The position numbers were made by a program, and so were the translations under genes. The notes below the pieces were generated by a model, which did not search any database, was not told the origin of the DNA, and saw only the letters and a list, made by a program, of their open reading frames with translations. Positions 8,565-18,778 of a stretch of DNA of 64,000 nucleotides are shown one piece after another. The stretch comes from Winogradskyella sp. (GTDB lineage Bacteria; Bacteroidota; Bacteroidia; Flavobacteriales; Flavobacteriaceae): positions 1,368 through 65,367 of the forward strand of contig SHBX01000012.1 in assembly GCA_004211785.1 (NCBI GenBank), in the 5' to 3' direction. Each line of letters opens with the position of its first letter. Positions within the stretch are counted from its first letter, which is position 1.

Positions 8565-10856
8565 TTAGTCTTTAATTTTCTTCTTAAACTTATTAAAATC
8601 ACTATCCTTAACCTCTTTTGGCCAAGAATTATTAGATGTATCTACATCTGCAGTTTCTAAATCTGGATCAACTACAATTGACACAATCTCTTTATCCGAA
8701 GCAATAGCTTTTGATGCTGACTTGTCATTTAGTCTCCATATTTGAGCTGGATATGTTTCTCTTTTCTTAGAACCATCAGCATACGTATACTCTACAATTA
8801 AAGGCATCACTAATCCACCTGGTTTTTCGTAAGTGACTTGATAGAAGTACTTAGGAGATTTCATTTCCTTACGCTGTTCTGGTGTAAAGTTGTCCATAAC
8901 AAATTCTTTGACTGTTGGTAAATCTGATAACTCTCCAGCTTTTAAAGCTTCGTCATAACCATCTTTGCCTTCTTCGACAAAGTATAATAAGTCAGCTGTA
9001 TCCATATTAAATCGTGCTGCTATCTTCTTACCTTCTTCAGTTGGTTTTGCTGTTATTGCAAATTTCTTTACCTCTTTTACAGAGATATCTGTATAATCAG
9101 TTGTATAGAACCAACCTCTCCAGAACCAATCTAAATCAAAAGCTGAAGCGTCTTCCATTGTACGGAAAAAATCTTCTGGGGTTGGGTGCTTAAACTTCCA
9201 ACGGTTTGCATATTCTTTGAAAGAATAATCAAATAAATCACGTCCCATTACTGTTTCTCTTAATATATTAAGTCCAGTTGCTGGCTTCGAATAAGCGTTA
9301 CTACCAAATTGATATGTATTCAAACCTTTGGTCATAATCGGTGCTATAAAATCTTGATTTCCACCCATATATCTTACAATATTTTTAGCTGGTCCACGAC
9401 GTGACGGATATTTTGTCTGACCTGGCGATAATGCAGCTGGATACCACTCACCAAAATCTTGCTCAGCTACGTATTGCACAAACGTATTTAAACCTTCGTC
9501 CATCCATGTCCATTGACGCTCATCACTATTAATAATCATAGGAAACCAGTTGTGACCAACCTCGTGTATGATAACTCCCATCATACCAAATTTAGTTCTA
9601 TCTGAATAGGTACCATCTTTATTTGGACGGCCAAAATTGTAACAAATCATTGGATACTCCATACCCATTGGTGCGTGAGCAGAAATGGCTTTGTGATATG
9701 GATAATCAAAGGTCATACGAGAGTAACTTTTTAGTGTACTTGCCACAACTTTTGTAGACCAATCACCCCAAAGTGGATTACCTTCTTTAGAATACATAGA
9801 TACAGCCATCACTTCTTTTGTATCTAACTTAACAGCCATCATATCCCAAATGAACTTACGTGAAGTTGCAAAACCAAAATCACGAACCATTTGCGCAGAC
9901 AGCTTCCATGTTTTCTTATCCTTACTTTTATTTTTTTCTGCTTTTTCAGCTTCTTCTTGAGTTACAATTAACACAGGCTCATCATAAGATTTCTTAGCCT
10001 TTTTGTAACGCTTCATCATTTCCTTAGAAAAGACTTCTTCTCTATTAGTTAAATAACCTGTACCATCTAAAACATGATCAGCAGGTACTGTAATATTTAC
10101 ATCAAAATCACCGAAAGGTAATGCGAACTCATCACGTCCCCAGAATTGAGAATTTTGCCATCCTTCTACATCATTGTATACAGCCATACGAGGATAGAAC
10201 TGAGCCATAACATATATTCTGTTATCGTTTTCTTCAAAATACTCGTAACCAGAACGACCGCCATCCCTTACGTGGTCATTAATGTTGTACCACCACTTGA
10301 TGTTGAATGAAAATTTATCACCTTTATTAAGTGTTACTGGTAATTCTACTCGCATCATAGTTCTGTTAATCATGTGAGGTAAAGGCTTACCATCCACACT
10401 CGAAACTTCTTGAATATTAAAGCCACCATCAAAGCGTTCTTTAAGGTATGAGCCCGCAGCCCTTGAAGGCGTTGTTGCTGGTCCAAAACCGCTACCATTA
10501 ATTAATGGTGTTTTTGAGTCTCTTGCACGCATATTTTGGTCTAACTGAACCCAAAGATAGGTTAACGGATCAGGAGAATTATTTGTATAAGTAATTGTTT
10601 CATAACCAGATAATCTTGCTTTTTCATCATCGATTTCGATGTCCATTTTGTAATCAGCTTGCTGCTGATAGTAAGCTGGCCCTGGAGCTCCAGAACCTGT
10701 ACGGAACATATTAGGAGTTGCAAATTCGTCGTATAACTGCTTGAATTTGTTCTCGTTAGTGTGACCTTGAGGTTTTTCTTCTTTTTCTGCTTCTTGTGCA
10801 AATGCACCTGCCGAAACAAAAAGAAGCCCTAATAAAACGTGTTTAAAAATCTTCAT
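8565..10856 (-). CDS. Secreted M1 family metallo-aminopeptidase
   Basis: Signal peptide; GMEYP, HEVGHNWF (HExxH), WMDEGLNT, AYSKP. Confidence 0.93.
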   Translation of the reverse strand: MKIFKHVLLGLLFVSAGAFAQEAEKEEKPQGHTNENKFKQLYDEFATPNMFRTGSGAPGPAYYQQQADYKMDIEIDDEKARLSGYETITYTNNSPDPLTYLWVQLDQNMRARDSKTPLINGSGFGPATTPSRAAGSYLKERFDGGFNIQEVSSVDGKPLPHMINRTMMRVELPVTLNKGDKFSFNIKWWYNINDHVRDGGRSGYEYFEENDNRIYVMAQFYPRMAVYNDVEGWQNSQFWGRDEFALPFGDFDVNITVPADHVLDGTGYLTNREEVFSKEMMKRYKKAKKSYDEPVLIVTQEEAEKAEKNKSKDKKTWKLSAQMVRDFGFATSRKFIWDMMAVKLDTKEVMAVSMYSKEGNPLWGDWSTKVVASTLKSYSRMTFDYPYHKAISAHAPMGMEYPMICYNFGRPNKDGTYSDRTKFGMMGVIIHEVGHNWFPMIINSDERQWTWMDEGLNTFVQYVAEQDFGEWYPAALSPGQTKYPSRRGPAKNIVRYMGGNQDFIAPIMTKGLNTYQFGSNAYSKPATGLNILRETVMGRDLFDYSFKEYANRWKFKHPTPEDFFRTMEDASAFDLDWFWRGWFYTTDYTDISVKEVKKFAITAKPTEEGKKIAARFNMDTADLLYFVEEGKDGYDEALKAGELSDLPTVKEFVMDNFTPEQRKEMKSPKYFYQVTYEKPGGLVMPLIVEYTYADGSKKRETYPAQIWRLNDKSASKAIASDKEIVSIVVDPDLETADVDTSNNSWPKEVKDSDFNKFKKKIKD

Positions 10857-10921
10857 AATTGAATTTTGGTGTTTAAAAAATGATGCCTAAAGTAGAAAAA
10901 ATGCTGCTGTTTTGACAGGTT

Positions 10922-11431
10922 TTAGTCAAAGTTTAACACAGCTTTATTATTCTCAGGTATTAGAATAAAACTTTTGTCTTTGCCTTTTACTTTGGTACGT
11001 AAAATATTTTGCTGTTCAGGATAGATATCGAACAATACTTCGTTTTTAATTTCTAGAGTTTTGATGTCTTCAACATTTTCTATTTCTAAATAGCAATAAG
11101 TAATATCGTCTTTGTATTCTTTTCCAAGAAAAGTAAAGTCCATATCCTTTGTATTGATTTTAATATCTAGCTTATATTTTAAATATTTTTCCATATAAAC
11201 GTCAACCATTTCGGATTCTTCTTTAATGGCTAAAGTGATATTTTCGTCATAACGTTCGTGAATTAGTTTTTCGAAATCATCTATGAATATTTGACTTATA
11301 ATTTGAAGTGATTTTTGCTCCTTAACATATTCTAACTTTGTAACACTAACGTAATACTCATGTTTATTGGAATGTGAATTCAATAGAAAAAAAGAGGCAA
11401 TAAGTATAAGTGTATATTTAAACTGTTTCAT
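10922..11431 (-). CDS. Exported conserved protein (DUF6702-like)
   Basis: Signal peptide then HEYYVS..IFIDDFE..PEQQN motifs; next to M1 peptidase as usual in Bacteroidetes. Confidence 0.65.
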   Translation of the reverse strand: MKQFKYTLILIASFFLLNSHSNKHEYYVSVTKLEYVKEQKSLQIISQIFIDDFEKLIHERYDENITLAIKEESEMVDVYMEKYLKYKLDIKINTKDMDFTFLGKEYKDDITYCYLEIENVEDIKTLEIKNEVLFDIYPEQQNILRTKVKGKDKSFILIPENNKAVLNFD

Positions 11432-11474
11432 GTGTTTTATTTCTAAAATCTATATTGACAAAACATATGCCAAT

Positions 11475-12269
11475 CTAATCGTCTTTTGAATTTAAGTTTT
11501 GTTTGTAGGTTTTCAATTTTTCATTTAAAAACGGAATTACTTCTGATGGGTCATTACGAGTGCATATATCACTAAACTTTAAATCATCCATGCAAAAGTA
11601 GAAATAATCTGCTTTTTGAGCTTCAGTAAGTTCTTCATTTTCTAATAGAGTTTCAGAATAGAAATCTCTCATTCGCTTCATACATTTATCTTTTTCATCT
11701 AAAGCTACAATAGCTTTAAGTTTTTTGGTACGACCGCTAATTCTGTTTAATAGCTTATGAAAATTAACACCAAACCCAAGTCCAACATATCCCCAACTTC
11801 CCGCATCGGCATCTGCAAGTTTTCGTTCGGGTATGGTTTTTGGTTTTCCTGTATAACCTGGAATGCCTAAGTCGTAAAAATTAACCTCATCTTTTAACTC
11901 TACATTTCCAACATCAGAACCAATATCTCCGGTTAGAAGTTTTCCAACCACAACTTCTTCTAACTCATTAACTTTTTCTGTTAGATAAATCTTTAAACCC
12001 TTCGGTTTAAAAAATTCTTGAACTACAATAATCTCCTTTGTTTGATATTTTAATGCAGATATGGTTAATGTATCATTTGGCTTTGCTAAAATATCGAAGC
12101 TTCCATCAATATCCGTAACGGTATATTTTACAGAAGTCTTGTTGAGTATATGTACGCCTTCTACATCTCCATTAGCAATAACAACGCCTCTTAATGTCCT
12201 TAGCTGTGCATTTACTGCTCCAGAACCAAAAACAATTAATAGTATAAGTATGCTAATCTTTTTTGTCAT
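11475..12269 (-). CDS. Carboxypeptidase-regulatory-like domain protein (paralog 3)
   Basis: Signal peptide; G.V...TVTD.DGSF.I...DTL.IS...LEEVVV pattern. Confidence 0.75.
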   Translation of the reverse strand: MTKKISILILLIVFGSGAVNAQLRTLRGVVIANGDVEGVHILNKTSVKYTVTDIDGSFDILAKPNDTLTISALKYQTKEIIVVQEFFKPKGLKIYLTEKVNELEEVVVGKLLTGDIGSDVGNVELKDEVNFYDLGIPGYTGKPKTIPERKLADADAGSWGYVGLGFGVNFHKLLNRISGRTKKLKAIVALDEKDKCMKRMRDFYSETLLENEELTEAQKADYFYFCMDDLKFSDICTRNDPSEVIPFLNEKLKTYKQNLNSKDD

Positions 12270-13032
12270 TTGAGATTAACTGAATTTTAAATAGTTTTAG
12301 CTCTTCTTTAAGAAACGTTATTGGTGTCAATACATTATCTGAATTACAAGCACCTTGAAGTTTCTCGCTATCCATGATAAAGTTAAAAAATCTATTTTGT
12401 AATTCTTCTGAGAATTCTTCGTCTTCAAAAATTATGTCTTTGTATGCTGCTTTTAGCTTGTCTACGCATTTTATTTTCTTATCTAATTTAATACGTTGCT
12501 TAAGCATTTTTGTACGACCCGTAATTGCATTAATAATTGGGTTAAGCGGCAAAAAACCTCCTCCAGAAGTCGCTTCTGATAGTTTGCGCTCATTTAGCGT
12601 TTTTGGTTTACCTGTATATCCAGGAATACCCAAATCGTAAAAATTAATCGGTGTTTCTACATCTTGATTTTTAATATCCGACCCCAAATCGCCTGTGAGT
12701 ACTTTACCAACTACAACTTGATCTAATTGCGTTATGCTTTCTGTTAAGAAAATTTCTATTGGATTTTTTTCTAGCATAGATTTATTGAGAACTAATTCTT
12801 TGGTCTTGTATCTTAATCCAGAAATGGTTAATGTATCATTTAATCTAGCCGAAATTACAAAACTACCATCAATATCTGTTACTGTATATTTTAAAGCTGT
12901 TTTATTTAATATATGTATGCCCTCAACCTCACCATTACCTATGACTTTACCTTTTATATCTCTTAGCTGGGCAGATGCTGAAACACTTAGGAGCAAAGTG
13001 AAAACCGAAATCAAATAAAAATTGATTCTCAC
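12253..13032 (-). CDS. Carboxypeptidase-regulatory-like domain protein (paralog 2)
   Basis: Same N-terminal domain; shares NFYDLGIPGYTGKPKT..ERKL with downstream gene. Confidence 0.75.
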   Translation of the reverse strand: MRINFYLISVFTLLLSVSASAQLRDIKGKVIGNGEVEGIHILNKTALKYTVTDIDGSFVISARLNDTLTISGLRYKTKELVLNKSMLEKNPIEIFLTESITQLDQVVVGKVLTGDLGSDIKNQDVETPINFYDLGIPGYTGKPKTLNERKLSEATSGGGFLPLNPIINAITGRTKMLKQRIKLDKKIKCVDKLKAAYKDIIFEDEEFSEELQNRFFNFIMDSEKLQGACNSDNVLTPITFLKEELKLFKIQLISNDKKD

Positions 13033-13814
13033 TCTCTGGACAATAAAAATAGTTGGCTTTCTTTCTCAAGAAATTCGATAAGAAATATTTCGTTTTTGCG
13101 TAATAAGAGTGATCTTTCATATCCCTTATTTTCTATATATTCAATAAAAGCTTCGGTTAAATCTGTTGGTATATTAAAGTTCTCTTTTAAAAAATTTGCA
13201 CTATAACGTTTGGCAATGATACTTTGTTTTTCTTCTAGAAGCTCAACTTTGGTTTTTGGTGCTCCTTTTTTCTTTAAGAAGAGACTAAAAAGGTTAGCGA
13301 TGTTTAAACCATTTCTAAATCTGTTTTCATCCAAAAGCGGGTCGTCAATTTTTGTTTTGTTATCTGCAGAAAATTTATAATCATCAAAATCTTCTTGACC
13401 TTTATAAATTTCTGCCATTTCTACATTATAAGTTCGTACAGCCTCGACATCTACATTAATATTACCAGACAAATCATAAGGCAATACAATAACTTCATCT
13501 AGCTTATTTACTTCTTCTACCAAACGCACAGACACTTGCCTTGATTTTATAATACGTTCATCTATAACTATTGTAAAATCTTTGAACTGTAAAGCTCCAA
13601 AGGCCAGAATATCGTTTTCTGCAACATCAATTTTAAATGTTCCATTCTCATTTGTCGTTGTTCCTTTATTAGAACTTTGATTGTAAACAGTTATACCTTC
13701 TTTATCTTCAGTTTCAACATTAATACGCCCATTTATTTCTACACGCTCGATTTCTTGAGCGTAACTAATAGTTGCTATAAAAAATAAAATAAAGGAAATG
13801 ACTGCGTTTCTCAT
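13029..13814 (-). CDS. Carboxypeptidase-regulatory-like domain protein (paralog 1)
   Basis: Signal peptide; GTTTNENGTFKI, LDEVIV motifs. Confidence 0.72.
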   Translation of the reverse strand: MRNAVISFILFFIATISYAQEIERVEINGRINVETEDKEGITVYNQSSNKGTTTNENGTFKIDVAENDILAFGALQFKDFTIVIDERIIKSRQVSVRLVEEVNKLDEVIVLPYDLSGNINVDVEAVRTYNVEMAEIYKGQEDFDDYKFSADNKTKIDDPLLDENRFRNGLNIANLFSLFLKKKGAPKTKVELLEEKQSIIAKRYSANFLKENFNIPTDLTEAFIEYIENKGYERSLLLRKNEIFLIEFLEKESQLFLLSRE

Positions 13815-13968
13815 GGTTGGTTAATCTTAGTTATATAAATGTCGGGCTTGAAATCTTAAAAAGATAATAAGTGCGTGGTAAATTTTTGTTAAATGATAAT
13901 ATATGCTTTGCATACAAACACCTATTTTTACATTGTAACTAGAAATTAATTCAAAAAAAATTAATACT

Positions 13969-14676
13969 TTGAAATCAGCAATTATCGCAAGTACTTCTAC
14001 AATACATGGGAGTGGTTATCTTGAATATCTTTTAGAAACTCTTGAGCAACATTTTAGAGGAATAGACGAAATTATATTTATCCCATACGCAAGACCTGGC
14101 GGAATATCTCATGACGATTATACATCTATTGCTTCAAACGCTTTTGCTAAAATAAATATCAAAGTCAAAGGGCTACATGAATTTAACAACCCAATTCAAG
14201 CTATTGAAAAGGCAAAAGGGATTTTTACTGGTGGTGGTAACACCTTTGTTTTGGTTAATCAACTCTATAAAAATAAAATTCTACAACCATTAAAAAGTGC
14301 CGTTGAAAATGGCACACCATATCTAGGCACAAGCGCTGGCAGTAATATTTGTGGCCTTACAATGAACACCACAAATGATATGCCTATTGTTTACCCTCCA
14401 AGTTTTAAAACTCTAGGAATTGTCCCTTTTAACATCAATCCTCACTACTTAGACCCAATTAAAGGTAGTACTCATATGGGAGAAACTAGAGAGACGCGAA
14501 TAAAAGAATTTCATAAATTCAACACACAACCCGTAATAGGAATACGAGAAGGTAGCTGGATAGAGGTAAAAGATAAATCAATATTTTTGAGAGGTGATTT
14601 AGATGCTAGAATTTTCACCTTTGATAAAATACCTTACGAGATTAAGACCAACACTGACTTGGAATTTTTAAAATAA
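13969..14676 (+). CDS. pepE: Dipeptidase E (peptidase S51)
   Basis: GGGNTF, GTSAGSN nucleophile, INPHY, HMGETRETRI. Confidence 0.95.
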   Translation: MKSAIIASTSTIHGSGYLEYLLETLEQHFRGIDEIIFIPYARPGGISHDDYTSIASNAFAKINIKVKGLHEFNNPIQAIEKAKGIFTGGGNTFVLVNQLYKNKILQPLKSAVENGTPYLGTSAGSNICGLTMNTTNDMPIVYPPSFKTLGIVPFNINPHYLDPIKGSTHMGETRETRIKEFHKFNTQPVIGIREGSWIEVKDKSIFLRGDLDARIFTFDKIPYEIKTNTDLEFLK

Positions 14677-15102
14677 CTACAAATATTTAAAAAAATGATA
14701 ACCCCAAATTTCCATGCCTTCATTATAGTAAAATTTGTGTGACGGATAATTATTTACGTATGTATTTAGCTCCATAGAATTACAACCTATAGATTGGCAA
14801 TAATCCTTAATCCATTGCATAAACTTTTTCCCTAAGCCCATATTTCTGTATTCTTCCGATATATAAACATGATCTAACTCTACAGATTTACCAACATAAT
14901 GTCGAGTGCAAAACCAAAGACCTGTAACTCCGATAAGATTATCTCCGTCAAATACTCCTGCACACTCGTAGTTTTGCTCAATCATTTCTAAAAACCTTTC
15001 TTCTAAAAGTGTTTTTGAGATACGACTTTCATTTAATTTATAAACTAATGGTATTACCAAACTTATATTTTCTGCTTTAATTAATCTAAAAGAAATATTC
15101 AT
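14677..15102 (-). CDS. GNAT family N-acetyltransferase
   Basis: VYISEEYRNMGLGK acetyl-CoA motif A; N..SHKFY. Confidence 0.88.
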   Translation of the reverse strand: MNISFRLIKAENISLVIPLVYKLNESRISKTLLEERFLEMIEQNYECAGVFDGDNLIGVTGLWFCTRHYVGKSVELDHVYISEEYRNMGLGKKFMQWIKDYCQSIGCNSMELNTYVNNYPSHKFYYNEGMEIWGYHFFKYL

Positions 15103-15223
15103 AATTAATTATCTAATTTTTCTGCAAGATAATTTCTAAAATCAAAATACTATTCAAAATTTGAGTCTTTAATAGTTTTTGCAAAATCTACTTAAAAACT
15201 GAACAAATCATTATAAAAATACC

Positions 15224-15260
15224 TTTTATCGAAATAAAATGCTTTTTATCGAAATAAAAT
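15224..15260. repeat. Direct repeat of 17 bp (TTTTATCGAAATAAAAT x2, 20-bp period), putative operator
   Basis: Exact copies at 15224-15240 and 15244-15260, immediately upstream of a -7 box. Confidence 0.8.
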
Positions 15261-15262
15261 TT

Positions 15263-15270
15263 TATATTTG
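15263..15270 (+). promoter_or_regulatory. -7 promoter element for fibre-like locus
   Basis: TATATTTG matches TAnnTTTG. Confidence 0.5.
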
Positions 15271-15421
15271 TAAGGCGATATTTACTAAATTATATGAAAT
15301 AGTACTTTTATATATGTTATTTGTTTTGTTGAAAAACAAGTTAATATCAAAAGTTTTCATAATATTTTGTAAACTATTTTTTACTATTTTTATTAATATA
15401 CAATATACCCCCAAAGTAAAA

Positions 15422-16362
15422 TTGTCTAATAATCTTAAAACATCGGTCGTTTTAATTTTTTTGGTTATCATGCCTATACTGTCTTTTTCACAAGTCAAAA
15501 TTGGTGATAACCCTGCCCTTATTGACTCTAATTCTGTTCTAGAACTAGAAAGTAACAACAAAGTTTTTGTTCTCACTAGACTTACTGACTCACAAATAAA
15601 TGCTCTTATACCATTACCAGGTGCTTTGGTCTAAATATAGACTTAGAATGTATTTTCGCCTTTGATGGTCTTAATTGGAAGAATTTATGTGATCAACCCA
15701 CAATTAGTGTTTCTAATACAGCTCCAATTAATAATGAGATTGGAGACTACTGGTTTAACCCAACTAATAATATTGCTAATATTTGGAATGGCACAGATTG
15801 GCTTCCTATAAACATTAACCCTAGAAGCGGTATCGGGCCTCCAGATAATACACTCTTAGATAACCCTGTTGCTGGAGATATATATGTCAATGAAGATAAT
15901 GGTGATTTATTCACCTATGATGGCACTAATTGGATTATGGTAAATCAGGTTTTAAACGCAGACAATGGTGTAACCATAACTAGTAATACTATTCAATTAG
16001 GTGGAACACTTATTACTCCGACAGTAATTACAACAGATAGCACTAACACTTTGGCCTTACAAGGTTTACAAAACACGACTCTAGATGGAACAAATAGTGT
16101 TGTTGTTGTGGATAATACAACAGGTGAATTAGCCCAAGTATCAGCTACAAACTTAGTACAGCAACAACAAGTGGTAATTATCGCTACAGAAGGGCAATCG
16201 CAATTTACTACACCACTAAATGCTCTAGATATTAATAAAATTGACGTCTATAGAAACGGTGCAAGAATAGCCTTTACAATAATAAATGCAACAACAATAG
16301 AAGTTGAACCAGAAGCCATTTGCTTTGCTGGTGATGAAATAAGAATAGTACAATTAAATTAA
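15422..16362 (+). pseudogene. Frameshifted secreted fibre-like protein (about 313 aa if restored)
   Basis: ORF ends ...PGALV-TAA at 15632-34; one added T/C after 15633 gives YNIDLECIFAFDGLNWKNLC... in frame with ORF 15937..16362; TTG start at 15422 gives a signal peptide. Confidence 0.8.
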
Positions 16363-16404
16363 ATATAACCAAATCAAAAATTAATAATTAATAACAAGTC
16401 AAAC

Positions 16405-17097
16405 ATGAAAACAAAATTTTTAAAATTAGGATTAGCATTAGTAGCTATTTTAGCATTTAGCTTTGGTAATGCCCAGCAAACTACAGGTGATGTTGGCAAA
16501 GGAGAAGATTTAAGTCAATCTAGTGTTCTTAACGGAACCGTACGAGTTATTGACAACAAAGGAACAAAGAAGTTTCTTCAAGTTCAGAATGGCTTAACTA
16601 TTCTAACAGATGCTACACCGGATGGCGGATATGTATCTACATGGCAATTAGGTGGCACTTTAACAAATGACACTTATATCACTGCAGATGGTAATGTTTT
16701 TGCTCTTGATGGATTAACTCTTGAAACTGGAGCAGCTTCAACAAATGCTGTTGATGCAGAAAATGCTCAAGGTGGAGGAGCAACAGGTACTGGATGGACA
16801 ATTCTTGTACGTGATGAAGCTACTGGAGAAACAAGAAAAATACTAGCAACAGATATTATACAAAGTGGACAAGAAAGTTTTACTGCTACAGATGGTCAAA
16901 CTGCTTATCCTCTAACTGGTTCGCCAGTATTACCTGCTTTTAGTCAAGTATGGGTATTTAGAAATGGTGCTAAACTTGTTGCTAATGTAGATTACACAGT
17001 AGCAGGAAGTACGGTTACTCTTGATACTAGTGCTGCAGCTCCAAATGATTGGGCCGTTTTAGCTGGCGATGTTATCGAAGTTCAATTCGTTAAGTAA
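16405..17097 (+). CDS. Secreted fibre-like protein
   Basis: Signal peptide; VRVIDNKGT, QLGGTL motif, C-terminal FTATDGQT..VFRNG..DYT..GDVIEV domain. Confidence 0.75.
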   Translation: MKTKFLKLGLALVAILAFSFGNAQQTTGDVGKGEDLSQSSVLNGTVRVIDNKGTKKFLQVQNGLTILTDATPDGGYVSTWQLGGTLTNDTYITADGNVFALDGLTLETGAASTNAVDAENAQGGGATGTGWTILVRDEATGETRKILATDIIQSGQESFTATDGQTAYPLTGSPVLPAFSQVWVFRNGAKLVANVDYTVAGSTVTLDTSAAAPNDWAVLAGDVIEVQFVK

Positions 17098-17102
17098 CAA
17101 AC

Positions 17103-18776
17103 ATGCAAATTTCCTTGTTTAAAAAAATTAATTATATAGTTCTAACCTTGACGTTGGTTACATTTTCTGTAGCCAACGCTCAAGAGGTTAGAGTTATTGA
17201 CAATAAGGGAACAATACAACAAATAAGGAACAATCAGGTTACAGTAAGCACAACAGCTCCTACCAATCCATTAGAGGGAGATGTTTGGTATGATACCAAC
17301 ACAACACCTTTAATTGTTAAAATTTGGGATGAACCTAGCGGCCAATGGGAAGAAGTCCCTGGCATAAATAATTTTTGGTCATTGACAGGAAATTCTGGAA
17401 CAAACCCAACTACAAATTTTTTAGGCACCATTGATGCTCAAGATTTAGTTTTTAGAACTAGTAATGTAGAACGAATGCGTTTACGATCAGATGCAGGTCA
17501 ACTCTTAGTTAACCAAGCGCCAGTATTTAATAATCATCCATTAGTAATTAGGGCAAATGGTGTTGATGTGTTAGCGTTTCAAAATGCAGCTGGCACTCCA
17601 CAATGGCACTGGAATTTACTAGCTGGTGGATTAAACTTTGTTGAAAGTAATGTTGCGGATTATAGATTATTTTTAGAAAATGGTGGTAATGTTGGCATAA
17701 ACACAAACGATCCAACTGAATTTTTAGATGTAAACGGAGGCGCACGTGTAAGAACATTACCAACAGTAACAACAGATTTAGATATTGTTGTCGCTACTGG
17801 AACTGGAGTTTTACAAAAAAAACCTTTTTTGGCTGCTGAAACTGACAACCAATTAGAACTCGGTGCAAATGGAGGTGCTTATCTTCCATCATCAACAGGA
17901 GGTCTAATAACGACATCTCAAACCATAAGATCTACTAATAGATCGAGAATACTAATACAATCAGTAACTAATATAAATGCCAATACTACAAACCCAATAA
18001 CTCCAGCTAGTTTTCAATTAAATGAAATTGGAGCTACAATCAACGGAAATAATATTACCAATCTAGAAGGTAATATAAGATTTATAGTATATCCAAACTT
18101 AATTTCTAGTGGTAGTCAAAGAACTAATTTTAACTGTCAGTTTATAGTAAACGCTACTTTAACAGAAACTCAATTCACTGGTTTATACGCTAGAAATCAA
18201 TCAGATCATAGAGATACTGGAGGAGCCATTATTTTTGAATACGAAAATGCTGTTTTATCAGACGAATTTAGTTTTTCATTATTTAGAGAAACTACTATCA
18301 CAGACCCAGTAGCTTTAATTAATACTTCAAAAATTTTCATAGAACAATTTTCAGAAGTTAGCGTAATAACAAGTGCTTCTGCACCAGTAGATTTATCTAT
18401 TGTACAAGGTCCTCAAGGTCCTCAAGGAGTTGCAGGTCCTCAAGGAATTCCTGGACCAACAATTAGTGGTCCTTTAGATGTTTATCATGCAGCAGGTAAT
18501 ATAAATCAAACTGGAAGTATCAACTACATCCAAGGTGCTAACATTATTAGGAATAGTGTAGGAAGTTATACTGTTACTCTAACCAATCCGCATCCAAATA
18601 CAACTACATACCCTATTCTAATTACTTTGGAACGTAATGCGGGCACAGATGACTATGGAGCAACATATACAATTATTTCTAATACTATTTTTAATATAGA
18701 GATAAGAGAACAGGATGATGGTGCTGGTGGTGGTGTTCTCAGAGATTCTAGTTTTAGCTTTTATGTTCCATTTTAA
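17103..18776 (+). CDS. Secreted fibre/adhesin-like protein with collagen segment
   Basis: Signal peptide; VRVIDNKGT; GDVWYD repeat; WSLTGNSGTNPTTNFLGT..DLVFRT..ERMR; GNVGINT; (GXY)6. Confidence 0.75.
   Translation: MQISLFKKINYIVLTLTLVTFSVANAQEVRVIDNKGTIQQIRNNQVTVSTTAPTNPLEGDVWYDTNTTPLIVKIWDEPSGQWEEVPGINNFWSLTGNSGTNPTTNFLGTIDAQDLVFRTSNVERMRLRSDAGQLLVNQAPVFNNHPLVIRANGVDVLAFQNAAGTPQWHWNLLAGGLNFVESNVADYRLFLENGGNVGINTNDPTEFLDVNGGARVRTLPTVTTDLDIVVATGTGVLQKKPFLAAETDNQLELGANGGAYLPSSTGGLITTSQTIRSTNRSRILIQSVTNINANTTNPITPASFQLNEIGATINGNNITNLEGNIRFIVYPNLISSGSQRTNFNCQFIVNATLTETQFTGLYARNQSDHRDTGGAIIFEYENAVLSDEFSFSLFRETTITDPVALINTSKIFIEQFSEVSVITSASAPVDLSIVQGPQGPQGVAGPQGIPGPTISGPLDVYHAAGNINQTGSINYIQGANIIRNSVGSYTVTLTNPHPNTTTYPILITLERNAGTDDYGATYTIISNTIFNIEIREQDDGAGGGVLRDSSFSFYVPF
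18408..18461 (+). repeat. Collagen-like (Gly-X-Y)6 coding repeat
   Basis: GPQ GPQ GVA GPQ GIP GPT. Confidence 0.9.
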
Positions 18777-18778
18777 TA

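Noticed and set aside
15239-15421. N-terminal extension of ORF 15239..15634 and antisense ORF 15262..15576
   Set aside because: Low-complexity AT-rich promoter DNA containing the direct repeat and -7 box; a sensible signal peptide starts at TTG 15422.
15589-15634. Programmed -1 frameshift, stop readthrough or phase variation
   Set aside because: No X XXY YYZ heptamer or long homopolymer; readthrough meets TAG two codons later; adding an A keeps the stop.
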